Shown: positions 40,001-51,806 of the stretch, piece after piece
Position numbering within the stretch: position 1 is the stretch's first letter
How the letters are laid out: each line of letters opens with the position of its first letter
Source of the DNA: Mytilus edulis
Lineage: Eukaryota
Direction of reading: 5' to 3'
Length of the DNA stretch: 64,000 nucleotides
Assembly: GCF_963676685.1 (NCBI RefSeq)
Contig: NC_092353.1
Coordinates: forward strand, 18,290,001-18,354,000
Notes under the pieces: model-generated
What the model was told of the DNA's origin: nothing
Database searches by the model: none
What the model saw: only the letters and a program-made list of their open reading frames with translations
Program-made: the position numbers and the translations under genes

Positions 40001-40902
40001 AGGTGGAGTTACTAGCATTGGACTGAAAAGTATAAAGTTATTATTCCTTATATTCCATATTAAGGAAAAGGGCAATTGTCACTATATACATGTAGAAAAA
40101 AATATATAGTTTTCTCGTTTGAATTGTTTTACATTTGTCATTTTAAAGCTGAGTATACGGTTTAGGTTTTACTCATTGTCGAAGGCCCTACGGTGACTTT
40201 TGGTTGTTAATTTCTGTGTCATTTGGTTTCATGTGGAGAGTAGCCTCATTGGTAATCATACCACATCTTATTATTTATATATATATATCCTGTTCATTAT
40301 ACAGAAAAAAATAACACAAGTTTGGATGTGATGCACTTTACACGTGTTCATTAAATGACGAATTTTTGTTAGATCATTGACGTGCATATAGGCCTCGCTT
40401 ATTGCAATACCATAAAGAACGGAATTAAAATGTACAATGTAAAGATATAAAAAAATAAAATTGGCGACTCTTTCAAAAAACATAATTATTACAATAAACT
40501 TGACTTGACGGTTAATTGAACTGAATTTTTTTCACAAAATAGAGCTGAAGGATATCAAAGAAATATTCAATCTCATGCATGCAAGTCGAAATCCAACTGA
40601 CAATGTCATGACCAAAAATGAAATGCAAAAGACGACTAAATTACAGACCAGTATACAAAACATAACATATAAAACTTAAGGCTGAGCAACACAAACATAA
40701 TCAAAAACCAGGGGTATTTTTATTTATGTGGAAGATTGTTTGTAAAATGAGCCGCCTTTATTAAAAGGGGCAAATAATGCAATCCAGATTACTGGCTACA
40801 ACTTTAAATATTATAAGTAACTTACTCAAAATTAGTTTGTGATGAAATAATGGAAACAAGAGAAAATCCAAACAGAACAACAAGCGCCATCTTGGCAGCC
40901 AT
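25069..40902 (-). CDS. Paralog A: secreted protein, cubilin-NTD-like segment + He_PIG-like Ig domain + EGF + F5/8 type C domain (365 aa, 9 exons)
   Basis: Exons 40902-40826 (MAAKMALVVLFGFSLVSIISSQTNF), 40022-39956, 39402-39319 (SNNGDIKIGYNETGKVIFDNEDLNYIIQ), 32887-32786 (LILSQPPIWEEHSTFGYIGEF..), 31575-31386 (DPEGQPIVYAIVAGMLPPGVKLEPDSGRIHG..), 31205-31092 (EGF CTKKPCVHQGVCLDETTGYKCYCPNPYGGLRC), 29799-29635 (CRSN..IPDASLTG..GWYG..YLQVDLG), 26230-26085, 25221-25069 (..DTRFIRF..MNMEIHGCHNNL*). All GT-AG with consistent phases, 1098 nt. Exon sizes 67/102/190 are identical to the paralogs. Confidence 0.88.
27222..27346. mobile_element. 125-bp foldback MITE with TAG..CTA termini and ~9-bp TSD (AcademH-/MuDR-/hAT-like), intron 7 of paralog A
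   Basis: Near-perfect ~57-bp arms TAGTCCAAATAATTACGACGTCTGGCAAGGCTATTTTA..CTGGGACGCC / GGCGTCCCAG..TAAAATAGCCTTGCCAGACGTCATAATTATTTGGACTA with a 10-nt loop. Flanks are TACTTGCGG (27213-27221) and AACTTGCGG (27347-27355). Confidence 0.8.
28155..28432 (+). mobile_element. HINE/DINE-1-like (Helentron-derived) non-autonomous repeat
   Basis: AACAAGAATGTG start after an A-run, internal (GACG/GGAC)n microsatellite and short 3' palindrome (GGCCATACATGGGGC), as typical of bivalve DINE-like repeats. Confidence 0.5.
33575..38620 (+). mobile_element. HINE/Helentron-like repeat with internal tandem subunits, split by the Kolobok-like insertion (parts ~33575-34488 and 38311-38620), intron 3 of paralog A
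   Basis: Internal duplicated block TAAAGGGCAATAACTCCTTAAGGGGTCAA at ~33890 and ~34250. The sequence resumes after 38314 in register with the 33961-34200 subunit. (GAC)n microsatellite and terminal hairpin GCTCACTTGGTCCTTTGGACCAGGTGAGT at 38589-38617. Confidence 0.65.
34489..38310. mobile_element. Non-autonomous DNA transposon, Kolobok-like (copy 2, 3822 bp), in intron 3 of paralog A
   Basis: Same 19-bp TIRs, TTAA TSD at 34485-34488 and 38311-38314. Colinear with 717-4633 but with many substitutions and indels. Confidence 0.85.
38685..39025 (+). mobile_element. Single retrozyme-like monomer (same family as 12945-13400)
   Basis: Reverse-complement homology to 12945-13400 (GATGCCACTGCTGG, CCCAGTAGTCAGCAC, AATCCTGGTA) plus a hammerhead motif near the 3' end. 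Confidence 0.7.
38937..38982 (+). ncRNA. Minimal type I hammerhead ribozyme motif, probably inactive (C3->A)
   Basis: TGTCA-aTGATGA-GTCT-TATGA-AGAC-GAA-AC-GCGC-GT-C-TGGCG: core UGAUGA and GAAA, stem II GUCU/AGAC, palindromic stem III ACGCGCGU, GUC cleavage triplet, stem I UGUCA/UGGCG. Confidence 0.7.
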
Positions 40903-42414
40903 CTTTGAATCAATTCTTCGTTAGATGAGCGTAATTTTTGAAGGGAGGAACTTCAGTTGTCTGTCAAGGTATGCTGCCGGCCTCTTCGACCTTGTTGAAG
41001 AAAATATAAGTACGAAGTTACGGACCTACGACCTGAAACCAAGATAGAGATATATTCATAATTATGTTTCTCGGATAATATGAATTTTAATCCATTTATT
41101 AAGTTTTGATGATGATAAATATTACATGTGTTTGTTTTAGTTGCTTTGAAGTTAAGGTTATAAACAAGTTGGAAACTCTTTGTTTCTAGGTGGAAATGAA
41201 CTTTGGATTAATGAACTAGGAAGTAGCCGTATCTTTCTGTAGGAGGCAAACACATCTTGATGACCTCGCTTTCAGCTCAGTTTTTCATAATATATCATGT
41301 CATTGTGTACAATGACCAAAATCATTTTTATGTTGTCAAGATTTTAAAAACATTTCAGGTAAATATTTTTTTTTGAAAAACAAGAAATTAAAAATGTAAA
41401 AACTAATTCTGTAAAACTATTTCTAGAAATTTTGCTTTGATTTTCACTTTAAAATTAGCGAGTTTTGTACTGTTTGCTAATTAGATACATGTAGATAGAG
41501 CGAGAGAGAAATAATCAGATAAGGATTTGCATGTTTGGTCAAGAATTTCAAATCTGTTTGCAATGTGCAGTTGTATATCATTATAAACCTTTGCCTACAA
41601 AATCCCCCCTTTTTTAAAAATAAACCAACTCTATATCGTATGTGGTTGGGAGAAACACTCAGCTCCTTTAGCCGGATTTGCATAATGGTGTGACGATCTT
41701 CAAATAATTTGTTTAAACAAGCCACGACATAAAATTTACTGTCGATTTGCAAAGATTTTTCGTCAACGAAAGATGAATGCAATAATAGTTTTAATATTTA
41801 TCAAACTAGCGAATCAGTGAAATGTTTGGTCTATAAAACGTCCATGTGTACCTCAGCTTTGTATGTGTGTTGTTGACATTTAAAGCACTGTTAAGTTCAC
41901 TCATAGTTTCTTAATCAATTCATTATACAGAATGATACCATATAGGTTTTTGCTCTGAGGTTGTGAATTACTAAACCCGTACGTACGTGGCAGTTGCAGT
42001 AATGCTTAGGATTGCCAGTTTCCCTGATGGAGGGCGGTTGTTCTCTCCGGCACTGTTAAGTGATAAAAAGTGCCCGCCTCGATATAGCTGACAAAGAAAT
42101 GATTTTTAACAATCAGTAAATCAATCTATAAAATTTGGGTGACCTTTCATAATCTTATAATATAATTTTGATGCCTTTTATTATTGGGTTAATATTTTAT
42201 TTGTGCTCACTATATAGTCTTATTTGGTTGCTGCTAAAGTATTATTCACATCTTATCTAGGTTATTTCTGACTGGTCGTATTGAAACATTGGCTATATTT
42301 TTAGCTCAGTTGTGTTATCGTAATATACCATAGTTTAGTTTCCCAGATAAGAACAGTTTATGAATTACTGATATCTAAACGTTAGTTAAACATACATTGC
42401 CAAAATCACAAAAA
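40903..42414. promoter_or_regulatory. Divergent (head-to-head) intergenic region between paralogs A and B; candidate bidirectional promoter
   Basis: The ATGs of A (40902, -) and B (42415, +) are 1.5 kb apart and point away from each other. TSSs are not determined. Confidence 0.45.
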
Positions 42415-45400
42415 ATGGCTACCATCAGCGGTTTAATATTATCTGCATGCTTCTTGACAATTTATGCGAGGTAAGAACTTTTAAATAATATATCACAATA
42501 TTTAATAAAAACATTAACAAGACATACATAACATACAGATGCTTTTATATATACATTGATGGTAACTCGACAATTTCAAATTAAAACAATCTGAATTAGA
42601 TAATTTGTTTTAAAGTTAATATAGATTTCCATATGTGTGTACTTTTTTTCGAAATTTAGTTTCAATTGACATTTTTTATTTTCAAATCTAAGATTGCCTC
42701 AAGTTTTAACTGAGGTCCGCCTTGCTCATTCTATGTTGTGTTTTGAGTACTGTGTACTGTTGTTTGTTTGTGTTTTTTTTTGTACTTTTGTTTTTTTGCC
42801 ATTGCGTTGTTTTTTTCGACTTTTTTGTTTTTTGTTGTTGTTGAGCATGACTTTTTTTGTACTGCTTTAGTGTCATGCATAAATAACCCATATCATTTGT
42901 TTTTCTATTATGAGTTTGAATACCCCCTTGGTATCCTTGGCCTCTCTTTTTCTGTCATTTTTTTATTCAATGTTTATTCATTCATACCTTGCACTGTATT
43001 GTACATTTTTATTATTTATATATGTTGTTATTTGTTTTTGTTATAACATTTCATTCGTTTTATCTTCAAAAACTGAGTAAAAATTTCTGTTTACCCATTT
43101 TATTTTCAGTTTCTTTGACATACAGTACCCTAATGTGTACATAACAGCCGAAAATGGAGGCAATCTAACAATACAGGTAACTATGTTTCAAAATTTAACA
43201 CATATTCATTAAAAGTTTAGTAACTGCTTATCTTATATTACCAAAAAGATGCAGAACATGTCTCAGCAACATTTCATAGTTTTTAGCATATTGTCATATT
43301 GAAAAATTAAATTATTGATGGCTAAGGAATAAGGAGCAAACGTAAATACAAAAATAAAATGTAATAAGAGAGCGAACTGTCTTACCCGGCTTATTCTGTA
43401 TATGTTTCAGTTGGAAAAGGCATAGCTTCATGACAATAGAGCGGTAAAAAATATGCTATTGTTACAAATGTATGATATCTCATTCGCATACATGACAATC
43501 TTTTCTAATTTTGAAGGCAGGACCACAACAAGGCAACATCTTTATGAAGCCAAATGGAAATGGCACTGTTTACATTGGACATACAGATATGCTTAAGTTA
43601 TTTGAGGTATAGTAATTTAAAAAAATATAACACAAAAAAAAAACATAGGTTGCACATTGTCTTGTTAAATACTTAAATTTGTTTTTATGTTTATATTCTT
43701 TCAATTCTTCCAACCAGAAGCATATTTTAATTGATTAAACAAACATTAACACCTAACATTTTGGTATAATAAGCCTATATTATATCATGTCTGCGAATCA
43801 TGCAAAACTGATTTACATTTTCATACAGAATTGTGCAAAAAGTAAAATCACAAAAATACTGAACTCCGAGGAAAATTCAAAACGGGAAGCCTGGTCCCTT
43901 TGGTCCATGAGTCTTATTGCTTCGTTTATCATGTGAACCTAATTTAGACAAAAGCTTAGCCGTAGGTAGTTTAAACGTTTTTAATTTGAGTATGCGGAGG
44001 GCCACAACACATCGATTGTTGACCCTATTTGCAAGGGTTTTGTGAATTTACCAAAACTACAATTTGGTCCTACGAATGGACAACAACACCATTTCATGTC
44101 ATGTTAAAATGATATTTGTAACTATAACATAAATATTTTGAAAAATATTGCAATGCTTGTATTTATCTCATAATTATAATAGTTAACAAACTTACTATAT
44201 TTTGTGTTTGTAGATTGTTAACAGTTTACCACCGACATGGAAGGTTAACTCAGCACATGGCAGTCTTGGAGTGTTTGCTGGAGGACAGTCTGTCAACTTA
44301 TTGTTGGAGGCAATTGTAAGCATTGATCATTCCGTTCTATGGTGAAACAATTGAAGCATTTATTAGAGTGGTAATTGGATAAAGAGTCTTTTTTGTGAAT
44401 CATTGCTTTAATTCAGTTATAAAACTTGAACAGAAACATAAAATTATCTTTGTAAGTTGGGCATACATGCGTATACGGAGGGTATTAAGGAACAGAGAAA
44501 CATGAAAACAATCTTACCTAAAAATTAAAAATATATATTAATTGTTATCAGTAACACATTTTAAATATCTTAAGTTTCAATGTTTGAGTTCAAGTTATAT
44601 TTTACTATTTGGTCGCCTTATTACTATGTTTATCAATTCATTATCTTTGCAGGATCCCGAAGGTGGTAAAATGAGATTTGAGAAAGTATCTGGAGCTTTC
44701 CCTCCAGGTGTACACCTTGACAAGACTACAGGTCGACTAACCGGAAATGCACCGGACGTAGATGCTACGTACGAGTTTGGAATTCGTGTCACTGACGCTC
44801 ATGGCAAATATGCTGATCAGATCTTTTCAATCGACACAAGAGGTATACTGTTTTGATCATACGCGGGAAAATGCAATTTTGTGTCCCTTCTGTGTATAAT
44901 ATGTTTTATTTGCTTACGTAGTAATAGTATTTGGCTTTTTTAACTCGATATTCCCTACAGAATATGCAAAATGATGTCATAATCCTGTTTACTAATAAGA
45001 TTGTAGTAGAACATTTTAAACATAACTTTTCTCTAAGTTCATATTGTGCAATGTAGTGATGCGTCATTTTTGTTTTCGCGATATTTTAATATAAAAATAC
45101 ATTTTTTGACAAAGGGCATGTCGTTTAAAGACCCATTTTAGATTTTCCTTTGTTGATGATTACTTGATTACGTGTAATTTTTATACGAATGGTAACTTTT
45201 TGATGAAGTTATGATATGGCTGTTAAAGGAAATTATTCTTATGAACGCATTTAGAGTCTCTTTGAATTGCAAATTTAAAAATATGCGCTGAATGGGGTTC
45301 TACAAGTGTTCAACTCAATTCTGTATGATGCAAGTAAGAGGGCCGAATATTATTATATTTCCAGAGAAGAACCAGTGCAATAGTAATCCCTGTCAACACA

Positions 45401-47241
45401 ATGGTAAATGTGAGGATGCCATAGATGATTACAAGTGTAACTGTACAAATCCGTATGGTGGCTCATCGTGTCAGTTTGGTACGTATTATTTTAATATTTA
45501 TTTGTTGTCTAAAGACTATCAACTGTCAAAAACTTTCCAAAGAGTATGACCGAAATAAATGATTAAATCTCATAATTTAGTTTTACTATAGTGTATAATA
45601 ATTTACCAGCAGAGCTTCTACTATTTTTTCAATCTTTGTTATTCCATTTTTCAATCTTTTTTTGTTATTCTATTTTTATTCAATCTTGTTCTATTTTTCA
45701 ATCTTTATCATTCAATTTTTTCAACATATTTGTTATTCTATTTTTTTCAATCTATGTTATTCTATCTTATTTAATCTTTACTATTCTATCATTTTCAATC
45801 TTTATGATTCTATAATTTTCAATCTTTATGATTCTATTATTCTCAATCTTTGCTATTCTGTTATTCTCAATCTTTGATATTCATTTTTAAGCCAAATTTT
45901 ACATCGATTATTTTATTGTATTAATATTTTGTATACAGATTGTAGAAGCAAGGCTGTTGGTGTAGATAACAGTGTTAAGAGCATACCAGATGCCCAGCTG
46001 TCTTCCCATTACGCTTCTGGAGACCACCCTGCTTCTAATGGGAGGTTAAATAATCCACGTGGTTGGTCTGGTACAAGTACAAGCTCTTGGTTGCAGGCGA
46101 GTATAGTTAATTCATTATATATTTTGAAGATCGTACAACCATTTATCTTTCGTATATCTTGAAGTAAGAGACCTGAAATCCGAGAGGATTCACGTGTAGA
46201 TAATTGTAGTAACCTGAAAATGAAAGTTTGTTCATATTCATTTCATTTTAGTGATCTTAAGTGATCACTTGTTTCTCCATAACACTGTCGTTAAAATAAA
46301 AACTTTAAAAACATGTCAATAAAGTAAACACTTTTATAATTTATGACGATAAAAAAAAAACGGCGTCAAAACATGTCGATAATATAAATACTTTTAAATT
46401 TCAGGTTGACATTGGACACTCTACATCTGTTTATGCAGTAGCAACCCAAGGTCAGTCATCGTCAAGCTACATCAAGACATACAGGGTACAGTACAGTGTT
46501 GATGGAAATTCCTTTACCAACGTTGTCAATGGAACATCTGCAATGGTAAACATATTGCTTCTGTTATAACCCATAACACATACATTGCTGTTCAAGTTAA
46601 TGCATGTTCGGCCGACCTGGTAGTTTTAGTGATTTGAACAATAAAAGCCAATTGATTGTCGTAATGTGTAAATACACTTTCTTGTTGGATCTTTGATGAT
46701 ATTTAATTTGTAAAATGAAATTACTGTCCTTAGGTAAAGGAAGATGTGGTATAAGTGCCAATGAGGCAACTCTCCATCCAAGTCACAATTTATTAAAGTA
46801 AACCATTATAGGTCATTGTACGGTCTTCAAAACTGAGCTTTGGCTCAAACCGAATAGCAAGCTATAAAGGGACTCAAAAAATTACTGGTGTAAAACCATT
46901 TATATATAAAAAAAAAAAGAGAAACGGGAAACGCTTATGCACCACATCAACAAACGACAACTACTGAACATCAGATTCCTTATTTTTTTTAAATTAATAT
47001 TACCCTGTAAGAGGATGGATTATTCTTAATTGACTATCGGCAGCTTACACCATTTAAATACTTAACTATGTTTAGTATTTCTTTTTTACAGGAATTTACT
47101 GGCAGTAGCAGTGTAAACAGCGTAATAAAACATGCATTTCTCCAGCCGGTTACCGCCAGATATATCAGGTTCATACCAAGAACCTATCAAACCAAACCAG
47201 GAATGCGAGTGGAAGTGTACGGATGTGAAATTGTCAATTAA
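42415..47241 (+). CDS. Paralog B: secreted protein, cubilin-NTD-like segment + He_PIG-like Ig domain + EGF + F5/8 type C domain (355 aa, 9 exons)
   Basis: Exons 42415-42470 (MATISGLILSACFLTIYA), 43110-43176 (FFDIQYPNVYITAENGGNLTIQ), 43517-43606 (AGPQQGNIFMKPNGNGTVYIGHTDMLKLFE), 44214-44315, 44653-44842 (DPEGGKMRFEKVSGAFPPGVHLDKTTGRLTG..), 45365-45478 (EGF CNSNPCQHNGKCEDAIDDYKCNCTNPYGGSSC), 45939-46096, 46405-46545 (VDIG..VATQG), 47092-47241 (..TARYIRFIP..MRVEVYGC). 1068 nt. Intron 7 is GC-AG. AATAAA at 47267. Confidence 0.9.
45620..45880. repeat. Degenerate ~21-22 bp T-rich tandem repeat (TTTTCAATCTTTATGATTCTAT) in intron 6 of paralog B
   Basis: About 12 visible units. It produces the spurious F/S/I-rich ORFs 45591-45877. 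Confidence 0.8.
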
Positions 47242-47989
47242 CAGTTTATGTTGAATTTGTTTAATTAATAAAATATTAGCCTTTAGTTGTCACATCTTAA
47301 ACATAGTTTATTCCTGAAACTGATAGAATAAGTGAATAATTTGACGAAAAAACAAAAACAAACTAATTTACCACTAAACATTTAATTAGGCTTTCAACTT
47401 ATAAGAAATGCATTGCATTAAAAATACATTTAGAGCAGGTGAACTTTTACTTTAGTTATGTGAGTTATGGGATTCATTTTTCCAGTGTGAAATATTTACA
47501 CTAAATTAATTCTTAAAAGGTAATTTTGATAGCTATTCTGTTATAAAATATCTAACAAAAAAAGAACAGAAATTCTCTTCACGGAGCATGATGCACAGCA
47601 ACAAACTACCACCTCTGAATAACATGCTTCTGACTATGGACAGGCACACACAGAAGGTGTCACTGTTAAACATGTTAGCGGCGTATAAAACCTCCCCTAA
47701 CATGGAACAGTTGTGTTACGCAACAGTACAGCACAAGAACAGACTATCGAATCAGTTGAAAAGAACTCAACTCATTAAGCTATACCAATGCAAAAATAAA
47801 AAGCCAAGAAAAAGACAAAACAAACCAAGACACAAGACACAAAGTACTTCTAAGAGTACTCTCAGCTATTGAAAACTATTTCAAAGCCAGTTACAACTTA
47901 AGAAAACTTGCTTGTGTCTAAGACTAAAAGGTTATGATAATGTCCCCGGGGACAATACATTTGTTGTAATAGAAGGGCCACATTTGAGG

Positions 47990-48330
47990 AAATGAAGACG
48001 GGAAAGTGGTAACGACAATTGAGACATATTCGTTATCATTTGTTAAACAGATATTCCATAACGGTCAACCAACTCGTGATGTCATCCGTAAAATTTCCCG
48101 AAGCATTGATTTCAACTTCACCATTTGGATTTCTTGGTTTAAAATCTTTCTTGTAAGCAAGGAAATCAATGTAAGGTCTGGAATATCTTATCAATTGGGA
48201 GATATATATTACATATGTAGGTGCTGCTTGCATGTTGCTACATAGAAAGGGAAAGTTCACTATTGGGAAGATAAAATCGTACATTTTTGTCAATAACAAA
48301 GTAAATCATTTCTCTTGAAAGTAGGTTATG
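47990..48330 (-). mobile_element. Older Penelope-like RT fragment between the convergent 3' ends of paralogs B and C
   Basis: Minus-strand translation LLTKMYD..FPIVNFPFLCSNMQAAPTYVIYISQLIRYSR matches the C-terminal RT region of the 18283-19547 element. Confidence 0.75.
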
Positions 48331-50131
48331 CAGTTTTGTTGATTACGAATTTGCTTAACGTCATTTTACAAATATTCAATAAGCATAAAGAATGAGCATT
48401 TTGACTGCCACTAGAAAAGAGTTTAAGGCTAGGTGCATAAGTGTTACATCTAGGTCACCTATGCGATTTTCACGTCTTCATTCTTTTCGCATTTATACAA
48501 ACTCATACATCACACATACTTAAACAACCCGCTATATTGTTATTGTTCTATTATAATTTTTGATTCTTGTCTTTCATATTTGCTAATGCTTTGTCTATAT
48601 GTGTTTCTTTTCACATAATGACGTGGCTCTTTTATAGAGGAAATACACAATAAGCATATAGACAAACAGCAAGAAGAAAAGGTAAAAATGTAATTTACAT
48701 TCTACAGAGGATATGCCTTAAGAACTATAGACTAGTTTCTTTAATACTTTGAACGAAAATTAATGTTAATCTACCCATTCAGTCCCAGTACTCAAAATGT
48801 TTCAATCGTGTATGGGTTGATGTAACATACATAAATAAAATTCAAAAATAAAAAAGCAATAAATGAGATTGTTAAAAATGTGATATTTCATTTTTGCTAT
48901 GTGCTTTGTCTACATGCCTTTTTATGTTTCTTTGATGCATATATGATTTGGCTCTATATTGATACATCCTGTCATTTTGATATTGTAGTATGGTAAATTT
49001 GTGTAATCTTGTCTTTTAAGTTTTGCTGATATACTTGGTCCATATACCATTTTGTTACCTTTTATTTTTCGTGATTAAGATTATAACACAATGTTGACTG
49101 CTGTACCCTATTTTTTTAAAAATGTTTACCTATTATGTCTGTTTGTTTTGTTCATGCATCGTTGTCATTATAATGGAATTTGATGCGACTGTCATACATG
49201 TGAGAGGTTTAGTAGTTATAAACCCAGGTTCAATTAACATTTTTCTATATTAGGAAAATGTCTGTACCAAGTCAGGAATATGACAGATGTTATCCATTCG
49301 TTTGATGTGTTTGTGCTTTTGATTTTGCCATTTGATTAGGGACTTTCCATTTTAATTTTCCTGGGAGTTCAGTATATTTGTGATTTTATTGTTATCCAAC
49401 TGGACGTATGTCAATAAGTTTAAGTAATGACTCAAATTTATAAAAAAGGTTACCCCAATGACTTCAAGTACGAAATGTCTTGTATTGACGTCTTGGTTGT
49501 GATATTTTATTAACTCTGTTTTGCATATGATTTTTTTATGGAATACTCTTCACCATTAGGACTTCGAGTGATACTTGTTTAGCCTTTTCGTTGTATAAAA
49601 GTTAACTGTTCATATATAATCAACAGTATTCTCGTACAAAAATTCCTTTACAGCATCTTTTTAGAAACGCACTCGATCTTTTGGACATTTTGGATATATA
49701 AATACGCGGACACTGTAAGAAACATATAGGCCGTTACTGTGAGTTCAAAGACATTGAAAAGGATGTTTGATGTCTGTATAGGATGTATACAACCGATTTA
49801 TCTGTCGGAGGATGTGTGAATACACTGTTACATCCCGTTGAATTGAGGACTCTAACACCCATCTATGGATGGACTAGAACTGAAAATAAATGCTGAATGG
49901 ATTTGTGGTGCACATTAAAACACAGTCCAACCCTCTTCTTTCATTTAAAGATATAGTGGTACCAAGTCAAATGGCCATATTTTGCAGTGATATTTTCTTA
50001 AAGCAACCTTAATAGTAGTTTATTTTTCATATGTATTCTGGAATTATTTTTATTGTATTCCTAGCTATTGAAATAAAACAAAAGTAAATACGTTAATTCA
50101 CAATGGATTTATATATATTTTAACGATACAA

Positions 50132-51773
50132 TTACAAAATACATCCGTATAGTTCAACTTTCATACAAGGAACATATTTAGCATTGTATGAATATGGGTG
50201 AAATCTAACAAATCTCGCAGTTGTAACATCCTGTAAGCTAGAATATAGTCTTCCAGATCGACCGGGAAAAACCTGAAAAAAAGTTCTATCAAATTATACA
50301 ACCTTTAACAGGAGTATATTACAAATCTGTTTATACCAATGTTAGACTATGTACAACTTAAACAGTTTTCTGAACATACATGTTTACACTTGACTTATTA
50401 TGAAGTACAGTGGATTTATTATTTTTCCTGTGTTCAAATTTTCGTTGATTGAGGAAACTTTGTATTTTCGTGGATATCTAATTTCGTGGTTTAATTAAGG
50501 TCTGCATACAAGCCTATAGAAAATTTGTACTTCATTAAACTTTTAAATTCGTGGTACACCTATAACCACAAAATCAACGAAAATTGGTATACCAGTAATA
50601 CTTAAGAATCCACAGTATTTATCAAACGTGTTCTCAAGATAAAAATACAAAATAGCCCCAGTATCATAAGTCTGAAAGTAAATGTATGCTTACGATTGGT
50701 GAGGTCCCATTTTTAATAAATTGAAAATGTTGACCGTCCGTGCTGACCGATAGTTGGAATGATTCTGTCAGATACTGGGAGCTGTAGCCGAACATAGTGA
50801 CACCAGCTATCTTAGAACGGTTACCTGGAAAATAAAGTATATGTCTTCACATAGTAATGAATTATTGAATGTAACTATACAAAAGCGGGATCATTTTTGT
50901 TTATTATCGTACGAAAATCAGAATCATGTTTATCTTTTCTTTAATTGATGCGTATTTTACTTATATTATTGAACATGTTGAAATAGTCATGTTCATTCTC
51001 ATCATGCGGTCATTTGTTTACACAGTGTCTCGCTTACTAGAGCAAACGACGTCTGCACAATTGTATTTTCTCAAATGATACTGTTTGTTCTAAGATTGCT
51101 TTCGAAATATGTTTCATGAAATGAAATAGAACAATAAATAAAATAATAAAAGTGATAAAAAAAATATTTACCTAGATCGACCTGAAGCCAGGAATTAGCA
51201 TTTTCTCCACACCAACCCTTTTCTTCACTGTCAAGACGAGCTTCAGTAGCATTTGACATTTCGTGTGATAGATATGCCGACAGCTGAGCATCTGGGATTT
51301 TTGAAGGAAGAGAAATGCCTACTTCGCTCTGTCTACAATCTGAAATGAACTCAACACGTAAAAATGATTTCATTTGCTTTTCATTGTTTAACTATTTTTG
51401 GAATTTGGATAATCTGGTCGTTTCTGACTATTTTTTGAAAATTTATAGATGCACAATGAGGTAAAAAATAAACAATAATTTTTCATACCTAACCTCTCTA
51501 AGGATATCTCACACTACAACAGTGTATTAGGTTAAAAGAGCAGGACGTTGATGAGAGAGTAAATATGGTTTGATGGGGAAATGTGTCAAAACGGTAAAAT
51601 TATTGAAGGCGAAGGGTATAAAATTTACTGTGTACCTGTGCTGCAGTCTTTTCCGCCGTAGAAATCGGCACAAACACATTCGTATCCTTTACCGACATTT
51701 GTCTCGTTACATAAAGCACCATTATGACAAGGTTCATATTGACAATGCTGTAACTCTGTAAATAGAAATATTA

Positions 51774-51806
<33 letters not shown>

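Noticed and set aside
49620-49890. Short ORF-like stretches downstream of paralog C
   Set aside because: Under 45 aa, with no motif and no consistent exon chain.
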